Part shown: positions 28,986 to 42,277 of the stretch, piece by piece
Layout: every line of letters starts with the position of its first letter
How positions within the stretch are numbered: the stretch's first letter is position 1
From: Eledone cirrhosa
Taxonomy: Eukaryota
NCBI GenBank assembly: GCA_964016885.1
Contig: OZ024742.1
Span: 98,580,001-98,644,000 of the forward strand
Direction: 5' to 3'
Length of the DNA: 64,000 nucleotides
Notes under the pieces: model-generated
The model's input: the letters and a program-made list of their open reading frames with translations, nothing else
Database searches by the model: none
What the model was told of the DNA's origin: nothing
Position numbers and translations under genes: made by a program

Positions 28986-31900
28986 TTATAATATGTAATC
29001 CAGTATTCTTCTCCGCTTGTTTTTCATATATATTTACCTAAACTGCAATTATCTGTTTCTCTCTTTCTTTCTTACAGCTCCCCCGTTCTCTCTGTTTCTC
29101 TTACCTTCTTTCGTCCCCTCTGTCAGTTAACACTTTCTCTCGACTGACCTCTTCCTCGCACTTCCACTCACTCACTCTCTGTTTCTCCCCTTTTCACTTC
29201 CTTACGTTCGCTAGTAGTGGGGTTCCTTCTTTCTCACACCGCATTCACGGCGTACGGTCTGCTTCTCTGACCGCTCATGAAATTCACCCAGTATGCTGAT
29301 CGGATAACTATCACGTGGCTTGCTGTTTTCCAAACCTTCGGTTTGCTTTTCCTTCTGTTGTTTACTTGTCTCACTCGCTTTACGCGTTTCACTTATCCCA
29401 ATAGCTTATTTTAGTTATTGCTCGCACCAACCTGAGGTATCTGATTTTTAATGCGATGAAATACCAATGATGGTTGGCAAATCACTGATGAGGGACTAAT
29501 TTTATAATATGTAATCCATGTGCAACCATGCAGAATTCTTCTCCCCTTGTTTTTCATATATATATATATATATGTATAAGTTGACGGGACTAGCATAGGT
29601 TTCACTGCTAGGACCGGTTGTATTTCGGGGTACTCAATAGGCTTGAACAAACTCCCATAGTATACACATAGTTATTCGCTTCAATACAAGACACGTAGTG
29701 TATGTTTACATTTAAACGTATGTATGTTCGTAAATATATGGGGTTTTATCTATTTTATTTTAAATTTAACTTATGCATGTTTGAATTGATGTTGGACTGA
29801 TATAAGAAACTATTGGATTAATATCGGAAGGGTCTATTAACGAATCCTTATTATTGGATCCATGTTTTGCTGTACCACGTCTAATAAAATGCCTGTCTTC
29901 AGCAATATATTTATGAACAGCTATGTACTAAATGGAGGAATATCTCACGATTAATAGCAATGCTAACACTGTGACAAATTGTATCTACCATATAATATAT
30001 ATTCAATCAGTATGCTCTCTTCCAGACGTCCATGGGCCATGACCTCTTGCTGGAGTTATATAGGCTTCGGTAATATTCGTCGCATATGTTGGACATTTCA
30101 AACCTGGTCAGCATACCCTTCTCAAGTTCTGAACACAACAGATTTCTAGCATGGAAAGAGATGGTCTGGAATTGAGAAAAAGAACGAAAGAGAAAGGACA
30201 TTGATAAAGGGATAGCAAAGGAGGAAGGTCCGCCTCCATTACTGGCATCTTATTTATTGACCTTGAATGCAAGAAAAGCAAAATGGACGTAGCTGGAATT
30301 TGAACGCAGAATGTAGTAACGACTATGTCAGTTCACTGTCTCTTCTATTGGACTTACATACCTTAAATTCCCAGCACAAAACAAAATATTCCATCGTGTT
30401 GCAAATATGTAACAGATTGCAAAAGGACTAATTACCACATATTTCAGATAAGAGTATTTCATTTCGCCATAACACTTGGTTGAGCTTTACTTTTCCACAA
30501 GCTTAAATCTCAAACACATTTCGCAAAAAATATCTCCGGATTTCTCAATAGACTTCCCTTGTTAAGCCATTATTCAGTTACTCATCTTATCTCTTATCTT
30601 CCTGCACATTTATCTAACGTTTTTCTTTTGCTTAGGACACGAATAACAGTTGATATTATTGATACATCTTTCATTTTCCATAATCTCTTTATGTTCTTAT
30701 TTTTATTTTATTGTTAACCTTTCATCTATATTTATCATCTATCACCTCTTGTTCTTCATTCTCGTTTTCTCTCGGGAGACGAAGAAATTGAGAAGAGCAA
30801 ATATTTGAATCTGTATAGTTAATATCTATCCTTGTTCTGTCTGTTGAAGCTTAAAATCTGTTTGGATCAGAAAAATCTCTTGGGAATCATAAATCTATCA
30901 TATTGATATACATTCTCAGAGTTATGGTTCGGTTTTTATCATTTTTCTGTACAATCTATATCAAGTTTTCTGGAATAATAATTTCCAATCCAAAACTGGG
31001 GTAACCATATCATTGCATTACTTGCTTCCTTTCTATTGCTTTTGTAGCAGTTTTACACACTTGGTCAGAATAGGAAGAATTCTTGCAATAATATTAGTGC
31101 TTAGTGAACACTTTAGGGAAATATACCAATCATCTATCTTCTTTTTAATGGGATTAGTTTACAATGTTTCTTCAAATTCTGCTAAATAGATTCCCTGTTG
31201 TATTTTTCTTTAATACAAATCTTGTCAACATATCTTCATATTCTTACTTCTCATTTATCTTTTCTTTTGTAGTCATATTTCTTTGCCTATGAAATACATT
31301 TATGCTCTCCATCATATGTGGTGATTAGCTATCATCCGTACACTATTCTATCTTTCCTTCTACGGGATTATTTTCTTTTGCATCTATTTGCTTTAGCTAT
31401 CCCGTTTTAGAATGCTTTCCTGAATAGAATTAATATACCACCCAAGGCAATACTTTGCTGATCGTATATAATCCACCCGTACCGGTGATTAACAAAGTAT
31501 GACAGTGTCAAACAAATTAGGAGCCCTCTATTCACTGAATATTAATGAGATGGAATTGCACCGTTCTTATTGCTGCAGTTTCTTCTAATGTCGTCTCTGA
31601 CACAGCAAACCTACCATAAAAAGCATTTTTTTTTGTCGTTTACTTTTTAATAGAAAACTACATATAACGTGTATCTATGCTTTGTTTCTAGACAGTTGAG
31701 TGCAGATTTGTGAGGATTCTGACTGGTAGGGGCAATGATGTAGATACTACTTCGTTAACTGGGCGTGAGCTAATAAGGTAACATCTACTAATGCTGTAGT
31801 GGTGTCTATTTTGATGTGTTAATGTTTGTAATTACATCTTAGTATCCATAACAATATCAAAATATTTAAAATTACCTGTTCGTGTCTACAAGTGTATGAT

Positions 31901-32279
31901 AATATCTAATATCAAGAGTAGGGTGATAGGCTCTAAAGTGATTTGTTAGAATGCAGTCTAATGTGGTAGTATACGAGGTATGGCTGAAAGGTTCATAGCT
32001 TAACTATGTAGGAGCGATGCTAGGGCTCTGAAATCTTGCAAATTTTAATCACTGCATACTTGATATCTTTGGACTATGTTGAAAAAGAAATTTCAATTGG
32101 TAATTATATGAAAGTGTCTTGGTCAACCAATGAACGATCATCCTATGAATCTTTCAGCTGACCCATCTATATAGTTCTGCGATATAATATATAAAGATAT
32201 ATTTTCAATGCCGACCATTAGTTTTCCAATAGTTTGATCAACGTAACTGCGTGCTCATGATTTTAATGTTCAAAAAGCT

Positions 32280-32463
32280 GAGCATTCCACAGACAAGTTT
32301 ACCCTTAATATAGTTTTCGGGGAGATTCAACGTGAAACCGACTGTAACAAAACACTTCTTTTCAATAACATGATGGAACGTGAAAAATTATGTTTTTCTC
32401 ATTAACATAATATATTGCTCGCGAACTTACGAGAGTGAGCCGAACATCTTAACCACTAAGCTA
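32280..32463 (-). mobile_element. SINE (decayed)
   Basis: Minus strand starts TAGCTTAGTGGTTAAGATGTTCGGCTCAC (tRNA A-box-like head). Confidence 0.5.
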
Positions 32464-32539
32464 GAGAGAGATGATGAAGAGAGTGAGTGAGTAATTGAGA
32501 AAAATATAGATAGTTAGATTCATAGATACATACATACAA

Positions 32540-33775
32540 GTTGATTGCTACTTCTTGTCAGAAGAGTGCCATCACTGCATTGAACATTGCACGGCCATGT
32601 GCACGAAGGTAACTTTTCAGATCCGCTTTTGTTTTGTAGATACATACACAGATGTCACACGTAAACTATCTGTCTCCTGGTAAAACTGGCTGGGGTGTAT
32701 TTTCCTGCATTTTACCATGTCTGGTCAGACCACCCGCTGACTTGCAAATAAAACCACACTTACAGCAAATATGCTGTGGAGTGTGTGGCGGTAGAACCAT
32801 CTCCCAGTTAGCTCGATTTTTCCCTGTCTCGTGTGATTTCAGATGATTAACAAAACCAGCTTGTGTTAGAAGAAATCGGTCACATACATTGCACTTCAAT
32901 TCTTGCTGAATTTTTGGAGGCATTGCACTTGTGACCCACTCACTTTTTTCTCAAAGATATCACATCCATATCTGAAGATCTTTCTCCATGATGTACGGCC
33001 AGTCTCTTCCAGTACTCCATATTAATCTTCAGAGATTTCAGGTTTTCTTTTATGACATCTATAATCCGCTTCTTTCGTTTATGTTGCGGACTTTTTCTCC
33101 CTGGACAACTCCCCATAAAACAGCTGTTTAGGCAGCCTTCCATTTTCCATTCGGACCACATGACCAGTCCAACGCATTTGATTCATAATGATCTTCCTCT
33201 GAATACTAATGCTACGCGCTTTCGTAAGTACCGCAGTATCAGGTGTGTAAAGAACCACTTGATGTTCAGGATGTGTCGTATACAATGCTGATGAAATCTT
33301 TCCAACTGCTGCCTGTTATGATTCCTGTAAGTTGTCCACGTTTCGCATCCATGTAGAAAGGCTGGTAAAAGACATGCCTCATCCACAGTGGGCTTTGTAT
33401 TTTTCGTGATACCCCATACATGATGATGGTTGCCCCCTCGTTATCGAGCATGGCCAACGCACGACATATCATTATTAATAATTATTAATTAATGCTACTG
33501 GGCAATGGCTGTGCGTGAGAAACTTTTTTAAAGTGAGGAAAGACTGTGCACTGAACCAATCTCACTATCTGAGCGACAGTAGCTGTAACCCCAAAAGAAG
33601 AAAAGTTCAACATCATCGGTAACTACTGAGTCGCAAGTTTTATGTCGGAGTTATCCCAGTTTCCCGAGTTTCCTTCTGCTAGAAGAATCCCTTACCAAGG
33701 CTAGGGGTCCTTCGCTCCCAATGGTTTAACCGCGCGATTGGGTATCCAGCCCGACTATTTCTATGTCGCCGCGCT
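32540..33775 (-). pseudogene. RTE-like LINE remnant (RT C-terminus + two C2H2 fingers, joined to 5' UTR-like sequence)
   Basis: LHGCETWTTY..LERFHQHCIRHILNIKW, MRWTGHVVRM..GRLPKQLFYGEL, CNVCDR..NHLKSH, CKCGFICKSAGGLTRH; 33660-33720 resembles family R 5' sequence (TTTCCTTCT.CTAG..CAAGGCTAGGGG). Confidence 0.8.
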
Positions 33776-33870
33776 TATATATACATTTGTATACATGTAT
33801 ACATATATACATATATACATATATACATATATACATATATACATATATACATATATACAAACATACACAC

Positions 33871-33952
<82 letters not shown>

Positions 33953-33954
<2 letters not shown>

Positions 33955-34566
33955 CGTTTCTGAATTTGTTTAGCAAGATTCTTTATCTGAAAACGTGTGT
34001 TGAAACCGATATTGTTATACTTTGGGAGGGTCATGTTGCCAATAAGAAACACACGCACCATGGCTTTCACTTCAATTTATTATAATAAATTTATAAATTT
34101 CCGGCTGGTTGGTTGGTTCCACAACCAGATAGTTGTTTATATATTGTCAAAGTTTTTTCGTCACACATTCTGTGACCTCTTCAGTGACTGGATATTCTTT
34201 TCTTTGTTTTTGTGCCTCTCCTTTGTTCTGTCCTACGCCATCTTGTTTCTGCGTGTGTGTTGTGTGCTCAGTCTGCGCAAGCGCCACATCCGGGTGTCTG
34301 TGTGTGTTTATATTCGTTTATTTATTTGTTTTTTTTACATGTTACTGGTTGGTTGTTTGTTCTATTTGCGTGTGTGTTTTCATTTTGTCCTTAATTGTAA
34401 GTTGTGATGTTGCTGTTCCACTCATGTTTTCTATTTAATTTTGGTTGTAATTCTTGTATGTGTATTGCCTCGGTCATTTGTCTAAACATTGAGTCTTTTC
34501 TGTATGTAGATTCTATTTTTATTTCTATGTTCTCTAATTTACCCTTATGTTCTATTTTAGCATGTC
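33953..34566 (-). mobile_element. 3' end of a second PLE family (GIY-YIG C-terminus + 3' UTR) ending at (TA)n
   Basis: HAKIEH...RQMTEAIHIQELQPKLNRKHEW is a typical PLE endonuclease C-terminus; AT-rich, unlike the adjacent GC-rich PLE. Confidence 0.7.
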
Positions 34567-35283
34567 CGGAAAGACGAAGCCCTGGTTTTAGTGTGTTCCT
34601 TGATCTGATGTGCAACGGCCGGATTGTGCTACCTATATAGTATTGTTTGCACTTGTTAGATCCTATCTTATACACGACGTATGTGCGTAGGCAACAGTTC
34701 GCATGGCGCATCGGACAGTCTCTGAGGGAGAACGCGTCAGTTGATTTCCTGGGTTTCCTGGAGAGGCATCTTCGCAGGGAGTGGCCCAAGTGGGCCAGGT
34801 TGATGTCGAGGCCCTCACTCCGTATAGCCTTGCGGATAGCATTGGTGGTATTCTCGCCCAGGTGTGGCATTTTAAGGAAGCACTTGCCTTGGGTGCCTCT
34901 CTGTCTCTTGTGTTTGGTGTCTACTACTCAGTCTATGAGCGAGTTAGGGTACCCGTACGTCTCCATCACATTGTGGAATCGCTTGGTATGAGTGACAGCA
35001 CTCTCGGGATCGCTGCATCTGTTTTTGATTCGCGCAATCTCGTTCGTGATGTATCCTCTTTTGGCACTGTTAGGGAGAGCGGACTTGTAGTGGACGAACA
35101 GGTCCCTGCAGGCTGCCTTTCGGTAGAAGTTGCAGTGTATCCCTCCCTGTTCCGCGATGTTGATTCGGAAGTCGAGGAGGGCAAGTGACCCGTCGTCGTT
35201 GAGGTGTTCAACACTGAAGTCAATGTTCTCGTCCGAGTTGTTGAACGTCTCATAGATTCTGTCCGCCATGTCTTGGGAAGATG
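34567..35283 (-). mobile_element. Inverted duplicate of PLE segment 36850-37524
   Basis: Reverse-complement match (CATCTTCCCAAGACATGGCG... to ...CGTCTTTCCG); retains ~40 nt deleted from the plus copy. Confidence 0.9.
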
Positions 35284-38200
35284 CTGGCTCTCAAATTATT
35301 TTCCTGAAACGCTGCCTAAAAAACGATGTCATCCCCAACACCATCAGGAACATCCGCTTACCATTAAGCCTACGTACACCAGCTTTCCAAAACACCACTA
35401 ACCGCATACATCACACGTGTATTAAACAGATCCTGAGGCATCTCAACCGCCAATTACAGGTCCATAAGCGGATACTCTCAGAGCGGACACATCGATTGTC
35501 AATAACACCCGGCGACACAAAGCAATTGATCAGCGCTACCACTCCAGAGTCCAATACGAGAAAAAACGGCTCAAGCGGAAATATGAGTGGATCTTGACTA
35601 AACTCCACCACGAAAACATCGACACTAACGAACAGACGGACCAGAACAACATGGAAAACAACAACTTAACAACCGCCACCGCCGTATCCACCAACACCGA
35701 GCCACACCTCAACGATTCGACGCACCTGGTCACCGACCTAACCGGCACTCTCACGAGCTACGAGCTGAAACTCCTACACGTCGGACCCAAGTTCATCGTC
35801 TAACAACGACTCAACGACAGACTCAAACTCAACATCGAGGCCAAGTTTTGTCGAGCCGCTTACCAACTTAAATGGGTGACCGCCATCAACAGCGCCACAG
35901 AAAATAACAGCGCCACCCCGACAACCCACTCCACCCCCCACCCACGATCCACGAACTCGACACTAAACTCATCAGGCTAAAACACTCCATCTCGGATATA
36001 CTTCACAAACACACACGCACAACACACAACCTCACCAAATCTCAACTCACCACTCTCTCCAACCTAAAATCGAAGAACCTCATCTACCTCCCCCCGACAA
36101 GGGAAAATAATTCTGCGTCATCAACACCCTGGCCCTCCAACACCTTGACGATGACAACCTCTACTCCAAGGTCACGGGAATCACTCCCGCGCAGATAGAA
36201 GAGCACATCAACGCCGCCTGGACTAACATCTGCAACCGGCGGAAGCTCCCAAAGAAGCTGAGATACAACCTCCTCACGAGGAACAGCAGACTACCAACCT
36301 TCTCCCACCTCGTGAAAACACACAAACAGAGACCCGACCTGAAGATCAAGCCCATTGTATCGAACGTGGAAAGACCACTCTACAAAATTTCATGGCTCCT
36401 AGCCAGAATACTCAAACCCATATTAGACACCTTGCCGGGACACGTTAATAGCTCCGAGGAGGTGTTGAAGCGCCTGCATCAAATGGATCCCGACACCAGA
36501 AAGAATAATAGATATGCCTTCAGCCTTGATGTAGTCGCTCTCTACATCTCGGTCCCGGCACTCCCGGCCGTCAATATACTGATGGAACGCGTCTAATCTA
36601 CCGACCTACACTGCTTCGTGCTCACCACCACTGACATCCACCAACGCCTATCCATCGTCGTCGACAACACCTACTTCGGATTCCTTGACCAAACATACCA
36701 ACAAACCTCGGGACTGCCCATGGGATCAAACCTGTCGAGTGTGCTAGCGATCTCTTACATGGACAGCCTCGAGCGCAAGGCACTCAACGCCTGCCACCCC
36801 AACGCCGTCGCCTTTTTCTCAAGGTACGTGAACGATATCCTCATCATCACATCTTCCCAAGACATGGCGAACAGAATCTATGAGACGTTCAACGACGACG
36901 GCTAACTTGCCCTCCTCGACTTCCGAATCAACATCACGGAACAGGGAGGGATCCACTGCAACTTCTACCGAAAGGCAGCCTGCAGGGACCTGTTCGTCCA
37001 CTACAAGTCCGCCCTCCCTAACAGTGCCAAAAGAGGATACATCACGAACGAGATCGCAAGAATCAAAAACAGATTCAGCGATCCCGTGAGTGGTGTCACT
37101 CATACCAAGCGATTCCTCGAGGTGCTGGAGACGAACCGGTATCCTACCTCGCTCACAGACAGAGTAGGAGACACCAGACACAAAAGACAGAGAGACATCC
37201 AAGGCAAGTGCTTCCTTAAAATGCCACACCTGGGCGAGAATACCACCAACGCTATCCGCAAGGCTATACGGAGGGAGGGCCTCGACATCCACCTGGCCCA
37301 CTCAGGCCCCTCCCTGCGAAGATGCCTCTCCAGGAAACCCGGGAATCAACTGACGCGTGCTCCCTCACAGACTGCCAGATGCGCCATGCAAACTGTTGCC
37401 TATGCACATAGGTCGTGTATAAGATAGGATGTAACAAGTGCAAACAATACTATATAGGTAGCACAATCCGGCCGTTGCACATCCGGATCAAGGAACACAC
37501 TAAAACCAGGGCCTCGTCTTTCCGAAACACATAACCAAATGCGGAAACAAAAACGGAAGGCCCATTGTCACAATTCTAGCGACGGAAAGAAACGTCGGCA
37601 CGTTACGTATCAAAGAAGCACTTGGGATCAATCGCCTAGGGCCACAATTAAACAACCGATCCGAGAGAAGCGAAATGAGCTGGTTGGTTTAAGTTAACAA
37701 ACGATGCAGCAACACATGCACACACACACACAAGCGAGACAGCAACACACGCACACACAGAGTATCACTCCAAGATACGAACATACTACACTGCCAATAC
37801 AGACGAACAAGGCAACAACACACGCACGCACACACACTCAAGTTAGACAACAACACACGCACGCACACACACACACACACACAGAGTAACATTCACCATA
37901 CAGGCAGAGAATGGACTGACAGCTAACGCCACTGCACTCCCACAATTGAAAGAATTATTTCGGCCGCTGACTTCTGCGTGACCGACCTCATTTTACGCGC
38001 ACGCGCGCTCTGCTGAGTACCTCAGATATTCATAACAACGAACAGCGGAGGAAACGTTTCGAACCTTTCCGACAGACAACCTACCCCCTACCCCCCCCGG
38101 CAAACCCCCCAGTTGATGGATATGTATCGGAAATATATAGGGACAATTAAATCTCTCCCAAGGTAACTCTTTCTTGTGTTGTTTTATTTTTATCCTTTAC

Positions 38201-38355
38201 ACTCATTCCTTCATTCCTCTACACGTTATAGTCTTATGCACGCCACGCTACTCAACGTACACCCACTTAGATCTCTCTCTCCACCACCGGATCTTGTTAC
38301 CCGGAGATTTACCCATCTGTATTGTCGAGGCTTCCAAACGACTTACAGAAATTTC

Positions 38356-38358
<3 letters not shown>
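35284..38358 (+). pseudogene. Penelope-like retroelement (RT + C-terminal GIY-YIG), inactivated
   Basis: FLKRCL...VIP, GPKF, KTHK..IKPIVS, SLDVVALY, GLPMGSNLS, RYVNDI (YVDD to YVND), FYRK, VYKIGCNKCKQYYIGST.RPLH.RIKEH; multiple stops and frameshifts; ends at (TA)n. Confidence 0.9.
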
Positions 38359-38435
<77 letters not shown>

Positions 38436-38958
38436 GTGTAAATATACATATGTGAAAATATGTATATACATATAAATATGTTTAAATATGTGTAAATATG
38501 TATATATGTAAATATGTATATGTGTAAATGTGTAAATATTTACACATTTTTGGATGGCCTCTTATGAGTACTTCCAACCTTTGTCAGGTTTTGTTTTTTG
38601 TCCTGCAGTGTGTCCAAAATCACCCTTCTCACCAAGAATACTTGGTGGATTTGCCGGTTCAGTCGCTGACGACCAAACCATTTGACAGGTTGTGCCGGGT
38701 TACATGTTACCAGTAGCACTCAAGAGTGACCCGATATACATAAATACATGCATACATATATGCATATATATGCACGTATATATGCATATATACGTGCATG
38801 TAAGCATGTACGCACTTACATTCATGAAAGACGGGCAGATAAGTCATTCCGAGTGACATAGACAGAAAGATAGACGTACAGATATATATTGAGGCATTAT
38901 ATTCACGCACGTTTCCCATATACGTTAATAGACAACACAATATAATATAGTTAATATA

Positions 38959-39076
38959 CAACACAATATAATTATTCCATTACCAAACTATTTCATCTGA
39001 TAAACGGCCTGCACGTTTCTGTAAGGATCGTCTAGTTTCTTGAAACCTTTGGTAATGGGATAATTATATTGTGTTG
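38959..39076. repeat. Small hairpin element (29-bp arms); opposite-orientation copy at ~43323-43440
   Basis: CAACACAATATAATTATTCCATTACCAAA ... TTTGGTAATGGGATAATTATATTGTGTTG. Confidence 0.7.
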
Positions 39077-39179
39077 TTCATAATTATATTGTGTTGTTCA
39101 ATCGGGATATATACGTATATATCCAGATTGAATTATATCAATGAGTGTGAGGATACATATATTTACATACATACATACA

Positions 39180-39787
39180 TGGTGGCTGCCAACTCGTTTT
39201 CGAGTACGGCCACTACTTTATATCCATGTAGGAGAACCCCTACCGATGCGCTGAAAGAGTGTGACTTTTTAGTCCAGCCAGCGACTTGAAAACTCTGGTA
39301 CAAACACTACACTTGTGACAAATATTGACACATAGTGCTGGGCCCATGATACCATGTGATGACAAGTGCAGAGAGATCTCCAGATATAAATAAATGCCTG
39401 TGCCGTGAAGCTTTTATAGTGAGCAAAGGCACTGCACAAAGCCAGTCCCACTCTCTTAACCAAGATGATATTTACCAAAAAGAAGAACAAGTCAACATCA
39501 TTGGATACCATCAGAGTTGCAGGTGTTATATCAGAGTTTTCCTTCTCCTAGAATTCTGTCTTGACAAAGGCTAAGTGGTCATCTCTCCCGGTGATTTTGG
39601 ATGGCCATTGACTCTTAAGAGCTCCTTTGCCCTTTGACAGGTTTTGTTTTTAGTCCTGCAGGATGTCCAAAGTCACCCTCCTCACCAAGAAACCTTGGTG
39701 GGGTTGCCAGTTTAGTCGCCAACGACCCGACCATGAGACAGGTTGTACTGGGATACATGTTACCAGTAGCACCAACTGGTGACCTGA
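39180..39787 (-). mobile_element. Family R non-autonomous element, longest copy
   Basis: Matches 21745-22364 and 42557-42967; 3' end (minus strand) runs into (ATGT)n. Confidence 0.85.
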
Positions 39788-40029
39788 CATACATATATAC
39801 ATACATATATATACATATATACATACATATATATATATACATACATACATATATATATACATATATACATATATATATATATAAACATATATATATACAT
39901 ACATATATATATGTTTGTTTATATATATACATATATATATATACATATATATATAAACATATATATGCACATAAATATGTATATATAAACTTATATATAT
40001 ATAAACAAACATATCTATATATATATATT

Positions 40030-40394
40030 TAAAAGTTAAACAAGTTTGAATGAATACATCAAAGAATGAGTTTTACAATAGATTGGAAGCACTCAACAGA
40101 AAGTTTTCCAGAGTTATTAATATTAATTCAAAATATTAACAAAACAGACACTCCTGCGATCAACTACATTTCACCATACACAGCTCAGAGGCACCGAGTT
40201 AAGTTCAAAAGTACGTCCTCATCAGACTACCATGACTGAATCTTAACCATCTACTATGTCAGGGTATGTCATGTATCATTTTATTTTATCTGATGAGGAC
40301 GTACTTTTGAACCCAACTCAGCACCTCCGAAACATGTACAACAAAATACAATTGACCACAAGAACGTCCATCTTGTTAATACCCTGAATTAATA
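40030..40394 (-). mobile_element. Fold-back mini-element with directionally mutated arms
   Basis: Arms 40121-40226 and 40289-40394 align ungapped over 106 bp; CTGATGA (40290) .. GAAA (40329) HHR-like core; ~90-nt tail; (TA)n flanks. Confidence 0.85.
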
Positions 40395-40908
40395 TATATA
40401 TATATATATAAAATCTAGGGTGCCAAGACAGGAGAGACCACGAATAGCAGTACTGTATCCATGGGAAAGAGAAGAGTGGGTATAAACCAGATTGCAATGC
40501 CTAGTAGTTCTGGCTTGTATGTAGCAAGCCTCCCCAAGGGTACAGTTAGGTATGAAGAATCTTTCTTGGATTTATAAAGCAACCAATTCATGGAATTTGG
40601 TCACCCATTGGGGCTGGTCAGCTCCTTCAGCCAGCGGCGGCAGCAGATGGTCAAGGGTGGGGGATAGAGGAAGGAAATGACACCCCTGACCATCTGCTAC
40701 CACCACTAGCTGAAAGAACCGACCAACTAGAACAAGTGACCTGATTCCATACATTCCCTCAAATGGATTCCTTCATAAAATTCAGAAAGATTCTTCAGTA
40801 TACCCCTGACAAGCCTTGCTACACTCAAGACTCCCACATTCATACACACACACATATATATATATACACGTACATATGCCCTGAAATATATATCACATAT
40901 ATATATAC

Positions 40909-40986
<78 letters not shown>

Positions 40987-41072
40987 GCACTCAAACACAC
41001 ACACACACATATATATATATATAGTAAAAATGATAAAGGTTTGAAAAAAAGTACCTAATGTGTTTTTATTTT

Positions 41073-41262
41073 ACAAGGAAGATCATTTTCTACATCAAAA
41101 AGAATAGATTTGTACTTTTGTACTTAATGTTTGTACATTACAAATGAAAAACTAGTAAATTAAACATGAAAAACTTTTGAAAAGCTGTATTTAAGCGAAT
41201 CCAGTCAAGTACAAAAGTACAAATCTATTCCTCCCGATGTAAAATCTTTTTTTTTTCCTTGT
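41073..41262. repeat. Fold-back element (decayed)
   Basis: 41102-41125 is the perfect reverse complement of 41207-41230, with imperfect extension outward. Confidence 0.7.
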
Positions 41263-42169
41263 GTACTATACACATTGACATGTAAATAACATTCTAGGTG
41301 TTTTTTCCAAACCGTTATCACTTCTACCATATAACACTGTGTACATACATATATATATAGATACACTCACACATATATAAAGGATAACTACTGCTCTATA
41401 TAACCAAGTTTCGTGCTGATAATGACAATCAGCAGATGATATATTCAACAAACTGATACCATCCAATATATCATAATCCTTATATTTACACCTGCCTCGA
41501 CTTTATTCTTTTACTGGTTTCAGTCATTAGACTGTAGCCATACTGGGGCAGCACCCTAAAGGGATTTAGTTGATCAAATTGACTCCTGTATTTATTTTAT
41601 TGATCTGTTATTGTTTTTTTTCATTCAAATGTTAATTTACAGAAACATACAAACAGTAAATACCATTGTGGCTTCCTGTAGTTTGGTATGTAAACTGTTA
41701 TGTGTATCAATCATGTAGACTACTGTGGGATTTGAAGTTGGAATACCAAGAGCCAGAATAAACATACCACAAGGCATCTTAACTAACACTAACTTCTTCA
41801 CTAATTTCCTTCCCCTGATACTTAGACAAGTCATCAAACTAACTCTCTACCACTAATACTTAACCAGCTTTTCTATCTTTCATTATTCATCACTCTGATG
41901 ATGATGGTGGTGGTGATGATGATGCCAGTGAAGATGGTGCAAGTGATGATTGTGGTGGTGGTGATGATAATAATGATGATGGCAGTAGTGATGGTGATAA
42001 TGGTGGTGGTGTTTATGATGATGTTGGTAGCGATGGTGATGATGACAATGGATTGTCCATGAGTTTCAATGAGAACATTCAGTTCAATCAACCAGACACC
42101 CAACATTAATGTGAAAGTGGCTGAATATTCCATAAACACATGTGCCCTTAATGTAATTCATAAGCTACC

Positions 42170-42277
42170 CAATGTCAACCTGAGGCTATGGTAAAGACAC
42201 TTGTTCAAGATACCACACAGTGGGATCAAACCTGGTACCTCATGATTGCAAAGTGAACTTCTCAACCATCCAGCCAA
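42170..42277 (-). mobile_element. SINE, family B
   Basis: Minus strand TGGCTGGATGGTTGAGAAGTT..CCAGGTTTGATCCCACTGTGTGG..CAAGTGTCTTT (tRNA-like head). Confidence 0.55.

Noticed and set aside
30350-31550. Possible highly decayed LINE on the minus strand
   Set aside because: Only faint motifs (GGILILFRK-like); not enough to call.
40121-40394. CpG methylation decay as the cause of arm divergence
   Set aside because: Several TG/CA pairs could fit, but decay should hit both strands at random, cannot give TTT/CCC runs, and would imply a GC-rich ancestor lacking the AATAAA.
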